A stretch of 64,000 nt of DNA, from assembly GCF_009914755.1 (NCBI RefSeq), contig NC_060927.1. One strand, given 5' to 3'. Each line of letters starts with the position of its first letter. Positions within the stretch are counted from its first letter, which is position 1. The notes beneath the pieces are model-generated. The model saw nothing but the letters and a program-made list of their open reading frames with translations, was not told the DNA's origin and made no database searches. Positions 25,948-41,411 of the stretch are shown here, piece after piece. This DNA is from the human T2T-CHM13v2.0 reference genome, Homo sapiens. Made by a program: the position numbers and the translations under genes.

Positions 25948-27569
25948 TCAGTAAGTTACAGACCCAATTCCTTGTTCTACTCTTTCCTCGCTGCTCACTA
26001 CTGTCCTTGCCGTCAAGAAAAAATAAAAATAAAAAAAGGAAAGTTCCAGTCACTGTGCTGGGGGTTGAGGACGTACTGCACACGACATATCCCGGGCCAG
26101 CCTCAACCTTCAGGGTGGCGAGGGCAGCACCGAGGGAAGGAGCAGGAACCCAGGCAGAGGCGCCCAGGCACACGCAGAGGAGCCGCGCAGGAGGCCAGAG
26201 GCTGAGCCCTGAGGGGCGGGGACAGGCCGCTTCCCTGCGTGCAGTTTCACAAGCTCAAGCTGCTGTGTGCGGTCCGGAAAGAGTAGTATGAGGCCTGACC
26301 ACTGGCTTTGGCCGCCTGGTGAGAGCAGCATCCGTGTGACAGTGAGCACAGCGGCCGGCTGAAGCTGCCGGGGAAGGGGGAGAGTGGGGCAAGTGAGCAC
26401 TGCCGGCCCTGTCAGGAGACTTGGCTGCTGGAGAGCAGAGTAGAGCAGCGGGAGTGGAGGCTGGCGATGTTAAGGGAGGGTTTTGCTTTGCTTTTAAGAT
26501 GAGAGAGACAGGAGCATGTGTAAATGGTGATGAAAATGAATGGTGCCAGGCGCAGTGGCTCAGCCTGTAATCCCAGCACTTTGGGAGGCCGAGGCGAGTG
26601 GCTCACCTGAGGTCAGGAGTTCGAGACCAGCCTGGCCAACATGGTGAAACCCCGTCTCTACTAAAAATACAAAAAATCAGGTGGGCATGGTGACGTGCAC
26701 CTGTAATTCCAGCTACTCGGGAGGCTGAGGCAGGAGAATCGCTTGAACCCAGGAGGCCAAGATCACACCACTGCACTCCAGCCTGAGTGACAGAGAAATA
26801 CTCTGTCTCAAAAAAGAAAAAAAAAGAAAGAAAGAAGAAAGAAAGAGAGAGAGAAATTGAACGGTATTAATAGTAGCGACATCTAGAGCACTCACTTGTA
26901 CCAGCTGCTACTCTATGTCTTAAACTCACCCATGCTGCCCATTTTACAGTTGGGGAAAGTGGACGCCTAGGTGGCTAAGTAATATACCCAGGATCTCTCT
27001 GCTGGTATGCTGTGGAGCTGTGATGTGAACATGTGTGAACTGGATCCAGAGACCTTGCTATCAACCACAGGCAGAGTTGCAGCCCAGGGATGGAGGAGGA
27101 AGGGAATGAGATTTGGGGCATGTGAAGAAGGCCTGAGGCAGGTGCTGCGGGCTGCGGGAAGGAGCCCTGCCTGGTGAATCGCAGGCCACGTTAGGGTCCC
27201 TGGAGGCTGGAGATCCTGGATCAGGAGGGCAGCATTCTGGGCAGGGGAGGGAGGGCAGGAAGAACCACAGGATGTGAGAAGGGCGAAGGCTGCCCAGAAA
27301 AGGCTGAAACGATGCACTGAGGCTGGGGAGGGTCCACATGCAGACCAGAGCGGGCTGATGAGGAAGGGCGGAGCTGGGGAGTCACAGGTGGGGGAGCCAA
27401 ATATGGGTGTGGTGGAGTGATTGAAGGGTGACTGGGATGGGAGGTGGTGGGCAGAGAGGGCGCCTGTGTCCTTCCAGCTGTCTGATACCTGCAGCTCCTC
27501 CCTCATCAATGCTGCCCATCAGTTTTCCTAGAACAGCCAGTGACCTGCTGAAGGAGTCTCATGGCGCGG

Positions 27570-29217
<1,648 letters not shown>

Positions 29218-29390
29218 CTTTTTGTTTTGGTTTTTGTTTGTTTTGAGACAGAGTCTGGCTCTGTCTCCCAAGCTGGAGTGCAGTGGCATGATCTCAGCTC
29301 ACTGCAGCTTCTGCCTCCCAGGTTCAAGAGATTCTCTGCCTCAGCCTCCAAATAGCTGGGATTACAGGCACATGCCACCATGCCTGGCTA

Positions 29391-29552
<162 letters not shown>

Positions 29553-29593
29553 CTACCCTGGCTCTCATACCATGATTTCATCATCAAGCCTAA

Positions 29594-30046
<453 letters not shown>

Positions 30047-30224
30047 TAGCTGGGACTAAAGGCACGTGCCACCGTGCCTGGCTAATTTTTTAATTTTTTG
30101 TAGAGATGAAGTCTCGTTTTGTTGCCCAGGCTGGTCTCAAACTCCGGGGCTCAAGTGATCCTCCTGCCTCAGCCTCCCAAAGCGCTAGAATTACAGGCAT
30201 GAGCCACGGGGCACAGCTTGGAAC

Positions 30225-30265
<41 letters not shown>

Positions 30266-30961
30266 GGCAGAGTCTCGCTCTGCTGCCCAGGCTGGAGTGC
30301 ATGGTACGATCTGGGCTCACTGCAAGCTCCGCCTCTCCGGTTCACGCCATTCCCCAGCCTGGACCTTTTTAATGTGGCCAACAGAAGCAGTCGACTTGGT
30401 TGCCCACACCACCTTCTTGCCCCAGTTAGAATTGTTTCCTCTCCATCCTATCAACATTCCACAGACTTTCAGGCTTCCCTGAGTTTTTGCAAAGGTGCCC
30501 CCTCACCCGCAATGCCCTCCTCTCCGTCTTCTGTCTCTCCCGAACCCCTAAGCTGCACGTCCTACCCTACCATGTGGTCCTCCCTCAACCCTCAATGCCT
30601 GAGTCTGCGCCACACAGCTCAGGACCGGCCCCCTCTCTGAGTGTTCGTGGGTATCTGGTGGGTGTTACTCTGATTTCAGGTTCCTCATCAACACGAGTGT
30701 GGAATGTAGCCTTACTCACCTCTATTCCCATCGCTCAAAGAATCCAAACCGCCTAGCACACAGTAGGCCCCCAGGAAGGACAGGGACCACTGAGCTCCCG
30801 GAGGAGGCGAGATTGGAGCCTCTTAAGAGCTGGGTCTGGAGGGACCTAACGAGGCACCATCGCGGGTGGGGGTCAGGCTATCAGGGCCAAGGGCAGTGGA
30901 GAAAGCGCGGGAAGCGCGGAGGTCCCCGAGGTGCAAGCTGACCACCCGCGGCCCCGCGTAC

Positions 30962-31067
30962 CTTGCCCTTGTAGGTGCGGTCGGCCGAGCTCACGGACAG
31001 TGCCTGGATCAGCAGCAGGAGGGACAGCGGCACCAGGAGGCCCGCGGCGGACACGGCCACCACGATG
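30962..31067 (-). CDS. ZDHHC19: ZDHHC19 coding exon 5 (IVVAVSAAGLL...DRTYKGK)
   Basis: Acceptor preceded by TTCCTTAAC; 106 nt; donor |gtacgc; TM4; phase matches exon 4. Confidence 0.93.
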
Positions 31068-31852
31068 CTGCGCGGGTTAAGGAACCGGGCTGCGGGACCC
31101 CCACGCCTGGCCCCGCCCCCCAGGCCCGACTCCGCCCCGAGCCCCGCCCCGCCCCCGGACGCCCGCCCCTCAGGCCCGACTCCGCCCCGAGCCCCGCCCC
31201 GCCCCTGGCCCCGCCCCCAGGCCCGACTCCGCCCCGAGCCCCGCCCCGCCCCCGGACGCCCGCCCACCCGCCCCGTCCCCTGGCTCCACCCTCATCCCGC
31301 CCACCCCCTTGAAAGCCTGACTCCACCCCGCTGTCCCCGCCCGTCCAGATCTGCGGTGCACCTTTAGCACCCGCTCCGTGACCCCGCCAGATTCCTTTTT
31401 CTTTTCTTTTCTTTTCTTTTGAGGCACAATCACCGCTCACTGCAGCCTCGACCTCCCTCCCCGGTTCAAGCGGTCCTACCACCTCAGCCTTCCAGGTAGC
31501 TGGGACTATAGGCGCGAGCCATCACGCCCGGCTAATTTTTCTATTTTTTTGTAGAGACGGGGTCTATGTTGCCCAGGCTGGTCTGGGTCTCGGGCTGAAG
31601 CGATCCTCCCGCCTCGGCCTCCCAAAGTGCCGGAATTACAGGCGTGAGCCACCGCGCCGGCCCGGGGGAGGCTTAACGCTCCGCCCCTTCTCCTAGCCCC
31701 GCCCATCCCCCGACCCCACCCACCTCACCTCGTCCCAGACTGGTCCTCCCAGGCGGCTTCTCCCTCTAGCCCCGCCCCCATAGCCCCGCCCTCTGCAGCC
31801 GCCTCCTTGGCTGTCCCCGCCTCCTCTCCTGCTTCCCCACGTGGGCGGATAC
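31068..31852 (-). other. ZDHHC19: U12-type (minor spliceosome) GT-AG intron 4 of ZDHHC19
   Basis: Donor GTATCCGC; perfect U12 branch motif TTCCTTAAC at 31084-31076 followed by only CCGCGCAG; no polypyrimidine tract. Confidence 0.85.
31106..31267. repeat. GC-rich minisatellite, 3 units of 47-50 bp
   Basis: caggcccgactccgccccgagccccgccccgcccc starts at 31121, 31171 and 31218. Confidence 0.92.
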
Positions 31853-32025
31853 GCGATGGCCTTGTCGGTGGAGAAGGGCAGGTGGGTTGTGCGCACCAGG
31901 AAGATGAGACAGGTGACCAGCATGGCGCCCGAGTAGAGGCACAGGGACAGGACAAGCAGCATGAAGAAGCGGAAGTTGCGGTGACCGATGCAGTTATTGA
32001 CCCACTTGCAGTGGTGGTCAAAGTC
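31853..32025 (-). CDS. ZDHHC19: ZDHHC19 coding exon 4 ([21 protein letters not shown]...DKAIA)
   Basis: Catalytic DHHC motif; cccag| acceptor; donor is GTATCCGC (U12-like); 173 nt. Confidence 0.97.
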
Positions 32026-32840
32026 CTGGGCGACAGGGAGAGGGGCCAGGCTTGAGGACTTCTCCTCTGGCCCAAATTCCATCACCCCAAATCCTGAGGC
32101 CCTCCCCCTGCCTTCTAGGCCACCTGCCCTTGGCCCATGCACTGGCTTCCACCCCCAGGGAGAAACTGAGCCACAGAATGCCTCATGCTGGCATTTCCCT
32201 TGTTAGAGCACAGTTAGGACTCTGGTATATACGGTCACCTGTCAGAAGACCTTTAGAGAGAAGACTGGCCTGGCCTTCTGTGAGACACATCCTACTGTAA
32301 CTCTGGGCAGAACGTAAACCATCTCTGGACCTCCACTTTCTCATCCATTCGATGAAGATGACAGTAACAGTAACACCCTTGCCCAGCCAGCCTCCTGCAC
32401 TTGTAAACCTATGCAAGCCGTGCTCTCGAGAGAGATGGTCACTCAGAGCCAGGAGACCCTCCAACTTGGACACCCAGGCGAGGACAGGCAAGGCCTCCCA
32501 GACCAGGCGGGCAGCCAGCCTGAGGGGCTTGGGTATCTCGTGTTAGCGAGCCCAGGGGTGGGACAGAGGGCTGCCTCTCCTCCCCTGGCCTGACCCAGCC
32601 CAGGACAGATGCGGATGCCCTGTGCATGTCAGCACCTCTGCAGGCAACGGCCAGCCTCCCAGGACAGGTGCAGGTGGAGAACACATGAGTGACCAAGGGT
32701 GGCTGGGAGTTACTGCCACCCTTGGCCTTTAGCAGTCCTGAAAACAGCTTCACACCCAGCCCTGGCCCCTGTATGAGGGAGGCTCCTGGTCCCAGCCAGA
32801 TGTGGGGCGATGGCTGGTGGACAGGTAGAGGGGCACTCAC

Positions 32841-32980
32841 CTCCACACAGATGTTGCACCAGGGGCAGTGGTAAGTCCGGGGCGGGCGGTGGAAGCAGCA
32901 CTTTGGACACCATTGCAGGCGGAAGGCCCCGTGGTTCACCCACACCACGTGCACCGTCAAGGGGCCCTGCTCAGCGGAGC
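32841..32980 (-). CDS. ZDHHC19: ZDHHC19 coding exon 3 (Cys-rich domain, WCPKCCFHRPPRTYHCPWCNICVE)
   Basis: ccag| acceptor and |gtgag donor; 140 nt; first half of the DHHC cysteine-rich domain. Confidence 0.97.
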
Positions 32981-33393
32981 CTGGCGTGGGAAGAGGATTG
33001 GGCACAGCAGAAGGCCCTGCGGTCACCCCGCGGCGGGGGTAGCTCCACGGCATCACAGGGCACAAGGAAGGGTGGGGACAAGGTGGGCAGGGGAACCCCT
33101 GTCCCCACTGAGCAAGCTGTCCAAGCTCAGAGAGGATGGCAGTCAAAGGGAAGATGGGTTTCCAGCCAGCAGAGTTTTGTATGAAACTCAGGCGTTTGGA
33201 ACAGTGAGTGCTGCTTTGAGTGTCATTGTGTAGTGAAGGGAGGAAGTGCATACAGTGGTTTGGAAGAGCCCACTGGCTTCTGGCCCTGGCCTGCCTGGTC
33301 CTCCCATCTAAGGCAACTGGGAAACCTCAACAATTCTGTTTTTCCACACCTTGGTGGCTTAAGAAACGGGGTAGGGCCGGGTACGGGGGCTCA

Positions 33394-34020
<627 letters not shown>

Positions 34021-34090
34021 TTAGGAATCCCCCCTGCAGGTTCCCAGCCCTTGAGTGACACCTCCTTTTCCCAGGGGGCTGATGCCTCAC

Positions 34091-34212
34091 CTTGATGTAA
34101 GATGCCAGGGTCTGAGAAGTTGAGTGAAACAAGACTGAAGAAGGTAAGGACAAAGAGGGAGCCTGTGATAACAGGAAAGGCCCACTCCCCGTTCTGAGCC
34201 AGCCACCTGCAA
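34091..34212 (-). CDS. ZDHHC19: ZDHHC19 coding exon 2 (CRWLAQNGEWAF...SDPGILHQ)
   Basis: ctcag| acceptor and |gtgag donor; 122 nt; contains the SDPG motif typical of DHHC enzymes. Confidence 0.95.
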
Positions 34213-34412
34213 CTGAGACCAGAGGCAGGCTCGGTCCTGAGCAGGGGCAGCCCAAAGCCCCCGGCCCAAGGCCTGTGGCTTACTCAGGTCAGGACCCACA
34301 GACCTTCAAGCCAGATCTAAAAATCCAGGCTCCAAATACCCAGGCAGACTCATAATGGCTCCACCAAATGTCACCAGCATGACCAGCCACCCAAAGCTCC
34401 CAAAATGCACAG

Positions 34413-34540
34413 GCACCCTTGACCTCTGCGCCTTTGCACGTCGGTTCCTGGAACAGAATATCCCCTTTTCCCTGCCCGCACCCTTGACCTCTGCACCTTT
34501 GCACGTCGGTTCCCTCGAACAGAATATCCCCTTTTCCCTG
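34413..34540. repeat. Tandem duplication of about 65 bp in ZDHHC19 intron 1
   Basis: gcacccttgacctctgc..cctttgcacgtcggttcc..gaacagaatatccccttttccctg at 34413 and 34478. Confidence 0.9.
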
Positions 34541-34644
34541 ACCTCTCCCCCGGTCTTCTGCACTCCCCTGCCTCCATCCTGTCATCTTCTGTTTCCCTGG
34601 CTGTCTCTTTGTGGGAAACCTAACGGCTTGCCTGGAAAACTCAC

Positions 34645-34790
34645 GGGAATGCGAAGAAGAGGCCACTGAAAAAGACCAGCAGCACCACATTGAAGGCAGC
34701 AAAGAGGCTAGGGAGGAACCAGGGACGTGGGACCAGAGGCAGGGGATGGGGCTCCTTCACCAGCGGCGTGGCATCCGTTAAGAGTGTCAT
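34645..34790 (-). CDS. ZDHHC19: ZDHHC19 coding exon 1 (MTLLTDATP...LFFAFP)
   Basis: ATG at 34790-34788; 146 nt; ends CC|GTGAG donor; hydrophobic TM1. Phases of all 7 coding exons are consistent, totalling 930 nt (309 aa + stop). Confidence 0.95.
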
Positions 34791-34859
34791 GGCTGGGCCT
34801 CCTTCGCCTCCAGGGGAGGTCAGAGCCACCAGGCTTCCTCCCCCAGCCCAGCTTCCAGA

Positions 34860-34930
34860 GCTCCATGGCCACGGCAGCCTCAGAGCCGCAGCCCAGGGTG
34901 AAAGGAAAGAAGGCCCAGTGTGACATCACA
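34860..34930 (-). promoter_or_regulatory. Putative ZDHHC19 proximal promoter/5' UTR with CRE-like TGACATCA and X-box-like motif
   Basis: TGACATCA at 34921-34928; GTGGCCATGGAGC on the minus strand at about 34872-34860; both within 140 nt of the ATG. Confidence 0.45.
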
Positions 34931-35293
34931 GAGGCTGGGGGACCTCAGCAGAACTGTCTGCAGCCCTGCTCTAGCTGCCTCCGGTGACAGGCACTTCCAA
35001 CAGCAAACCCCACCCCCACCCCGACATGTGCTGGGGAACCGGGAGTTCCTGCCCCTGAGAGGCTGATGTTGTTGGAGAAAATATGACCTGGAGAAACACA
35101 TGGGAAGAAAGTTGGTAATTTTCAGCCGGCGCTGTAATCCCTGTAATCCCAGCACTGTGGGAGACCGAGGCAGGCAGATCACTCGAGGTCAGGAGTTCGA
35201 GACCAGCCTGGCCAACATGGTGAAACCCCATCTCCACTAAACATACAAAACTAGCCAGGAGTGGTGGTGCACGCCTGTAGTCCCAGCTACTCA

Positions 35294-35712
<419 letters not shown>

Positions 35713-35744
35713 TAAAGTGCTGGGATTACAAGCATGAGCCATAT

Positions 35745-36491
<747 letters not shown>

Positions 36492-36524
36492 TCAAAAACA
36501 CAGAATAAAAGAAAAGAAAAGATT

Positions 36525-37036
<512 letters not shown>

Positions 37037-37180
37037 TGACCTCAAGTGAGCCACCTGCCTCGGCCTCACAAAGTGCTGGGATTACAGGTGTGAGCCACGG
37101 CGCCCAGCCTCTTTTTTGATTTTTCAAAACTGACTCTCATATTAAGGAAGCCAAAACTTAAGTGATAACTGAAATGATCG

Positions 37181-38087
37181 TGTTACTGACCACAGGTTCT
37201 TTAGGCTCCGATAAAAATTGACACGAGGCCAAGCAAATTTCCCAGACAAGGCTTTATTAGGGGCTTCCGTTCCACCACGGGGGAGACAGCACCGCAGGGA
37301 GAGGTCTCCGGCTGGCTCCCCAGGGGACTGCGTTGTGGCGTCTCGAGGAGGGCGACACGCGTAATTCATGAGGTAGGTGAGCGTCCCTGCAGGAGTGACA
37401 GAACGCACAGGGATAGTTAGGAATCGCGGTAACACATACATCGCAGGATCAGAACACGACGAGAAAGCCTCTCCCTGGCAGAGGCTTTTGTTTTGTTTCT
37501 GTCTGTCACCCAGTCTGGAGTGCAGTGACAAGATCTCGGCTCCCTGCAACCTCCGCCTCCCAGGTTCAAGCGATTCTCGTGCCTCAGCCTCCCGAGTAGC
37601 TGGGATTACACCACCACACCTGGCTAATTTTTGTATTTTTAGTAGAGACGGGGTTTCACCTTGTTGGCCAGGCTGGTCTCAAACTCCTGACACCTCAGGT
37701 GATCCGTCCGCTTCGGCCTCCGAAAGTGCTGGGATTCCAGGTGAGAGCTGCCGCGCCGAGGCAGAGGTCTTGGTCTTGTAATGAGGCCGAGGGTAAAGAG
37801 TGGTCGTGCTTCCGGCTTCGTGCACACAAAGGCAATGGAGTTCATTCCCTGAAGTACAAGATTGGAAGTGCGACGCTGCCTATCTTCATTTTTCAAGGTC
37901 GTGTGATCAGTGGATGTGGCATTTTGTGTAAGATTTACAGTGGAATGCTGCTTATCTTAATGCTTTCACTGTCCTTCAATGAGCAGGTAAGAAAAAAAAA
38001 GGAAGAAAGAAAAATGTTGGGGGGGGGAATGCATTAGCGAATGCATTAGTGGAGTTGGCAGCCGAGTCCCATCCCTCCTCTGTCTCA
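37181..38087 (-). mobile_element. ERV-type solo LTR (MER87/LTR38-like) interrupted by an Alu at about 37490-37760
   Basis: Minus-strand termini TGAGACAGAG...GTAACA (TG..CA); AATAAA at 37258-37253 near its 3' end. Confidence 0.6.
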
Positions 38088-38610
38088 ATAAGTGTCAGAT
38101 GATGCTATCATATAATTTTGTGGGAAAAAATAGGCCAAAGAAATGAAATTCAGAAGGACTTATTCTTTTTGGTTCTAAAATCAGTTTCTGAGAGCTGGCA
38201 GGCCCCAACTGCCAAGAGGAGACCCTGGCGGCCACAGCTCATCCTCTCTGACCAAGCCTTAGCTGGGGATGGGCCGGCCTCCAGGCAGGGCCTCCCGCTG
38301 GCTGGATCCCGGGCCACACTGTACAGAAGACAACCCCGTAGAGACCTTGGGTGGGGCAGAAGCCCCCTTCCCTCACTGACACCCTGCCGGTCTCTCCTGG
38401 GGTCTCCCAGTCTCTGCTGCCCAGTGGGGAAGCACCCGTCTCAGCCCAACCGCAGCCCCCCCCGGCTCCCTCCTGCCCTTTCACCTTTCCTGCCATTCCC
38501 CACTGTGTCCTGAAGTTTCTAAGAACATCCCCAGCGCCCTGTTGTCAGCTCTGGGAAGTCTAAAGTTCAGGGCTTTGGGTAATTAAACCCAAGGCCTCTC
38601 AGTGGGCTGG

Positions 38611-38703
38611 GGGTGAATGACCTGGCGAACGTGCCTGCGGAGATGCTGGGAGGAAGCTGAGTCAGTCTGCGTCTTTGTCAGGGTGGGCTGAGGCCAGTGA
38701 CCC
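38611..38703. promoter_or_regulatory. Two IR-1 (FXR/RXR) response elements upstream of SLC51A
   Basis: GGGTGA-A-TGACCT at 38611-38623 and AGGCCA-G-TGACCC at 38691-38703. OST-alpha is an established FXR target with two upstream IR-1 sites. Confidence 0.85.
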
Positions 38704-39999
38704 TCTGGGGGTCAGGGCCCTTGCAGGCCTCTTCCTTCCCTGACCTCCACCTTAGGAGGCAGCTGGCCCCTGAGACGCCTGCCTCACGACATTGTCCTGT
38801 CCCAGGAACTGGACTTTAGGAGGAGGGGAAGCTGGAGGGGGATGCAGCTTGACTCTTGGGAGAGACTTTGAGGTGTCTGGGCACAGGAGTGGGGAGTCCT
38901 CCGGGTACCCCATCAGGGACTGCTTCCACTGCTTGTATGGCCTCACCAGCCCAGCGCAGGAAGCCCCCTCTCCCTTCCCAGAATTGACCCTCTGCACCCT
39001 CTCCTGGGCCCTCTTCTCACTACCTCCATCTCCACCATGCCCCAACAGAGCCCCTCCCCCAGGCCCCTTTGGCCGCTCTCCACACCCCACAGCTTTCTGT
39101 CTGACCTGGTTTCTTAGCCTCTCTGGACCTCAGCCTCCTTATCTGTAAAATGGGAATAAGGATACTACTTCCCTTGTAACGCGGTGGTAAAGTTTAAATA
39201 AGCTAAGGAACACACTGCATGTCCTGCGGGCCCTGGCACACCAGACATGCTGACAGACGCTGGCTGCTTTCATCAGCTATGCAACCAAATTCTAAGGGGC
39301 CCTTCGTATGTGTCAGGCTGCGTGCCAGGAACCTAGAGGTACCACCGTACCACAGTACAAGATGCTGTGTCTGGCTTCGAAGAGATTTCAGTCTATGTGG
39401 AGAGAGAGAAAAGGGAAGCTATCAGCCAATAAAATCGTTTGCAAGCCTGTAATTCAGCAGGTTTTCAAGACCTGTCAAATGCCCAGCAATCTCACTCTGC
39501 AACTCTGCCTCTTAAATACAGCATCTTCCGGCCCAGCGTGGGGGTGGCTAAGCCCATCATCCAGATGTGATGAACTGGGGTCTGGGAAACCCACACCGGC
39601 CTCATCTGGCTTTTCCAGCCTGTCCTCCCTTCCACACATCAGGCTGACAGCACCAAACACGGCCGAGGCCTCAGCCCTGAGTCTCCCCGCTGCAGAGTGC
39701 CCAAGCCTGAGTTCCAGCAGGTTCTTCAGGGGCCGCTGACCAGGGAACACTGCGGTGAGGAGCGAGGACTTCGTCCCCACCCCGGCCCAGGGCAGGGGCT
39801 TCGTGGTGAGCCCACCCCACCCCAGAAGGCTCCTGGAAGGGCAGGGCAGACTGGCAGCAAAATCCTATAGGATGGGCCGGGCCAGAGGCAAGGGGTGGCC
39901 AAAGGCACCTGTCCAAGAGGTGGGAGGGACCACACCTGGGGGCAGGGACGAGTCAGGCACAGGGAACTCCGCCAGCCTAGAGGATCAAATTCCTCCGGG

Positions 40000-40330
40000 G
40001 TGAACTCTGAGATAGAAAGTTGGCCCGGGAAGCTCAAGGAGGGAGAGCGGCAGAGGGGAAGACTCTGCAATTCTGCTTGCCCCCCACCCCGGCCCAGGCA
40101 AGCCACCCTGCCCCCGGCCCCCACCTGCCCGCCCCGCCTGCCCTTCCTCACCCCGGTGCCTGCGGGATTGCTGGAGAGAACGCGGCGATGGAGCCGGGCA
40201 GGACCCAGATAAAGCTTGACCCCAGGTAAGTGAGGGCGGCGGGCCCTGGGCCAGTCGCTGGGCAGCGGTGGCCCCTATCCCGCGGCCTGTCCTCTCTCCC
40301 TCCCAGAGCCCTTTGGCGGCCGCACTCAGA
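40000..40330 (+). promoter_or_regulatory. SLC51A: SLC51A GC/CpG-rich 5' region (core promoter, 5' UTR, start of intron 1)
   Basis: GC boxes (cccgccccgcc) and CpG enrichment around the ATG; exact TSS not determinable. Confidence 0.6.
40188..40225 (+). CDS. SLC51A: SLC51A (organic solute transporter alpha) coding exon 1, MEPGRTQIKLDPR
   Basis: gcgATGg Kozak; AG|GTAAGT donor. Nine exons total 1023 nt (340 aa + stop), matching OST-alpha. Confidence 0.96.
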
Positions 40331-41015
40331 ATGAGACAGGACTGGAAATGCTCTAGCTGTTCCTAGGTCCTCAGGGACAACGTGGGTTTGGGCCAGGGTG
40401 TGACACTCCAGGGCCTCGGCCTTGCCCCCCAGCGTGGGGAGAGAAAGGTCGCAGAGCGGGGGCTGTGGAAGGCATTCGCAGAGGAAATGGCAGCATCCCT
40501 CAGCAGCAGGGGGCCCGTCCGTCTGTAAGGACTCACCCTTCCTCTGGGATCCTGCTCTTCCTCTCTGGTCAGTCCCTGGGCTGCTGCCCGACCCGCATGG
40601 AGAGAATCCACGGTGGGCTCTTCAGGCACGGCAGCCAGGCACAGCCTGGCTAGGTGGCAGCTTGTCTTACTCCCCCACCTGGGCCAGTTCTCCACTCCCT
40701 CTAAGAAAAGGGCCCTGAGGCCGGGCGCCTGTAATCCCAGCACTTTGGGAGGCTGAGGCGGGAGTCCAGGAGTTTAAGCCCAGTTCCAGTTTGAGTCCTG
40801 GAGTTCGAGACCAGTGTCTGAGCAACATGGCGAAATCCTGTCTCTACCAAAAATATAAAAAATTAGCCGGGCCTGGTGGCGTGCACCTGTAGTCCCAGCT
40901 TACTCATGGGGATGGGGGTTGAGTAGATCACTTGAGCCCAGGAGGTCAAGGCTGCCTGTATGAGCCAAGACAGACCACTGCACTCCAGCCTGGACAACAG
41001 AGCAAGACCCTGTCT

Positions 41016-41202
41016 CAAAAAGAAAAAAAAAGAAAGAAAAAGGAAGGAAGGAAGGAAGGAAAGAGAAGGGGAAGGAAGAGAGAAAGAGAAAGAGAGAGCA
41101 GAAGGAAGGAAGGAAGGAGAAGGGGAAGGGGAAGGGAGAGAGAAAGAGAAAGAGAGAGTGAAAGGAAGGAAGGAAGGAAAGAAAGAAAGAGAGAGAAAGA
41201 GG
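41016..41202. repeat. Polypurine (GGAA/GA) tract with higher-order duplication of about 60 bp
   Basis: gagaaagagaaagagag occurs twice; follows an AluJ. Confidence 0.9.
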
Positions 41203-41316
41203 CCCTGAGGGGAAATGGACAAAGTCCTGCACTCAGGAGTGGTTGAGGGTCCAGTGTGCAACCCTCCCCCTTCCCCCAGCCCCCATGGTTCTGAGCACAG
41301 GCTGGTGTCTCGCCAG

Positions 41317-41411
41317 GTACACAGCAGATCTTCTGGAGGTGCTGAAGACCAATTACGGCATCCCCTCCGCCTGCTTCTCTCAGCCTCCCACAGCAGCCCA
41401 ACTCCTGAGAG
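41317..41411 (+). CDS. SLC51A: SLC51A exon 2 (YTADLLEVLKTNYGIPSACFSQPPTAAQLLR)
   Basis: ccag| acceptor and |gtgagt donor; 95 nt; phase-consistent. Confidence 0.95.

Larger units (their letters stand above)
30860..32000. promoter_or_regulatory. Intragenic CpG-rich island over ZDHHC19 exons 4-5
   Basis: Visibly high GC and CpG density with many GGGGCGGGG boxes; not quantified. Confidence 0.75.

Noticed and set aside
32439-33251. 270-aa ORF containing the Cys-rich motif
   Set aside because: It is ZDHHC19 exon 3 read through into flanking introns; splice sites delimit only 140 nt.
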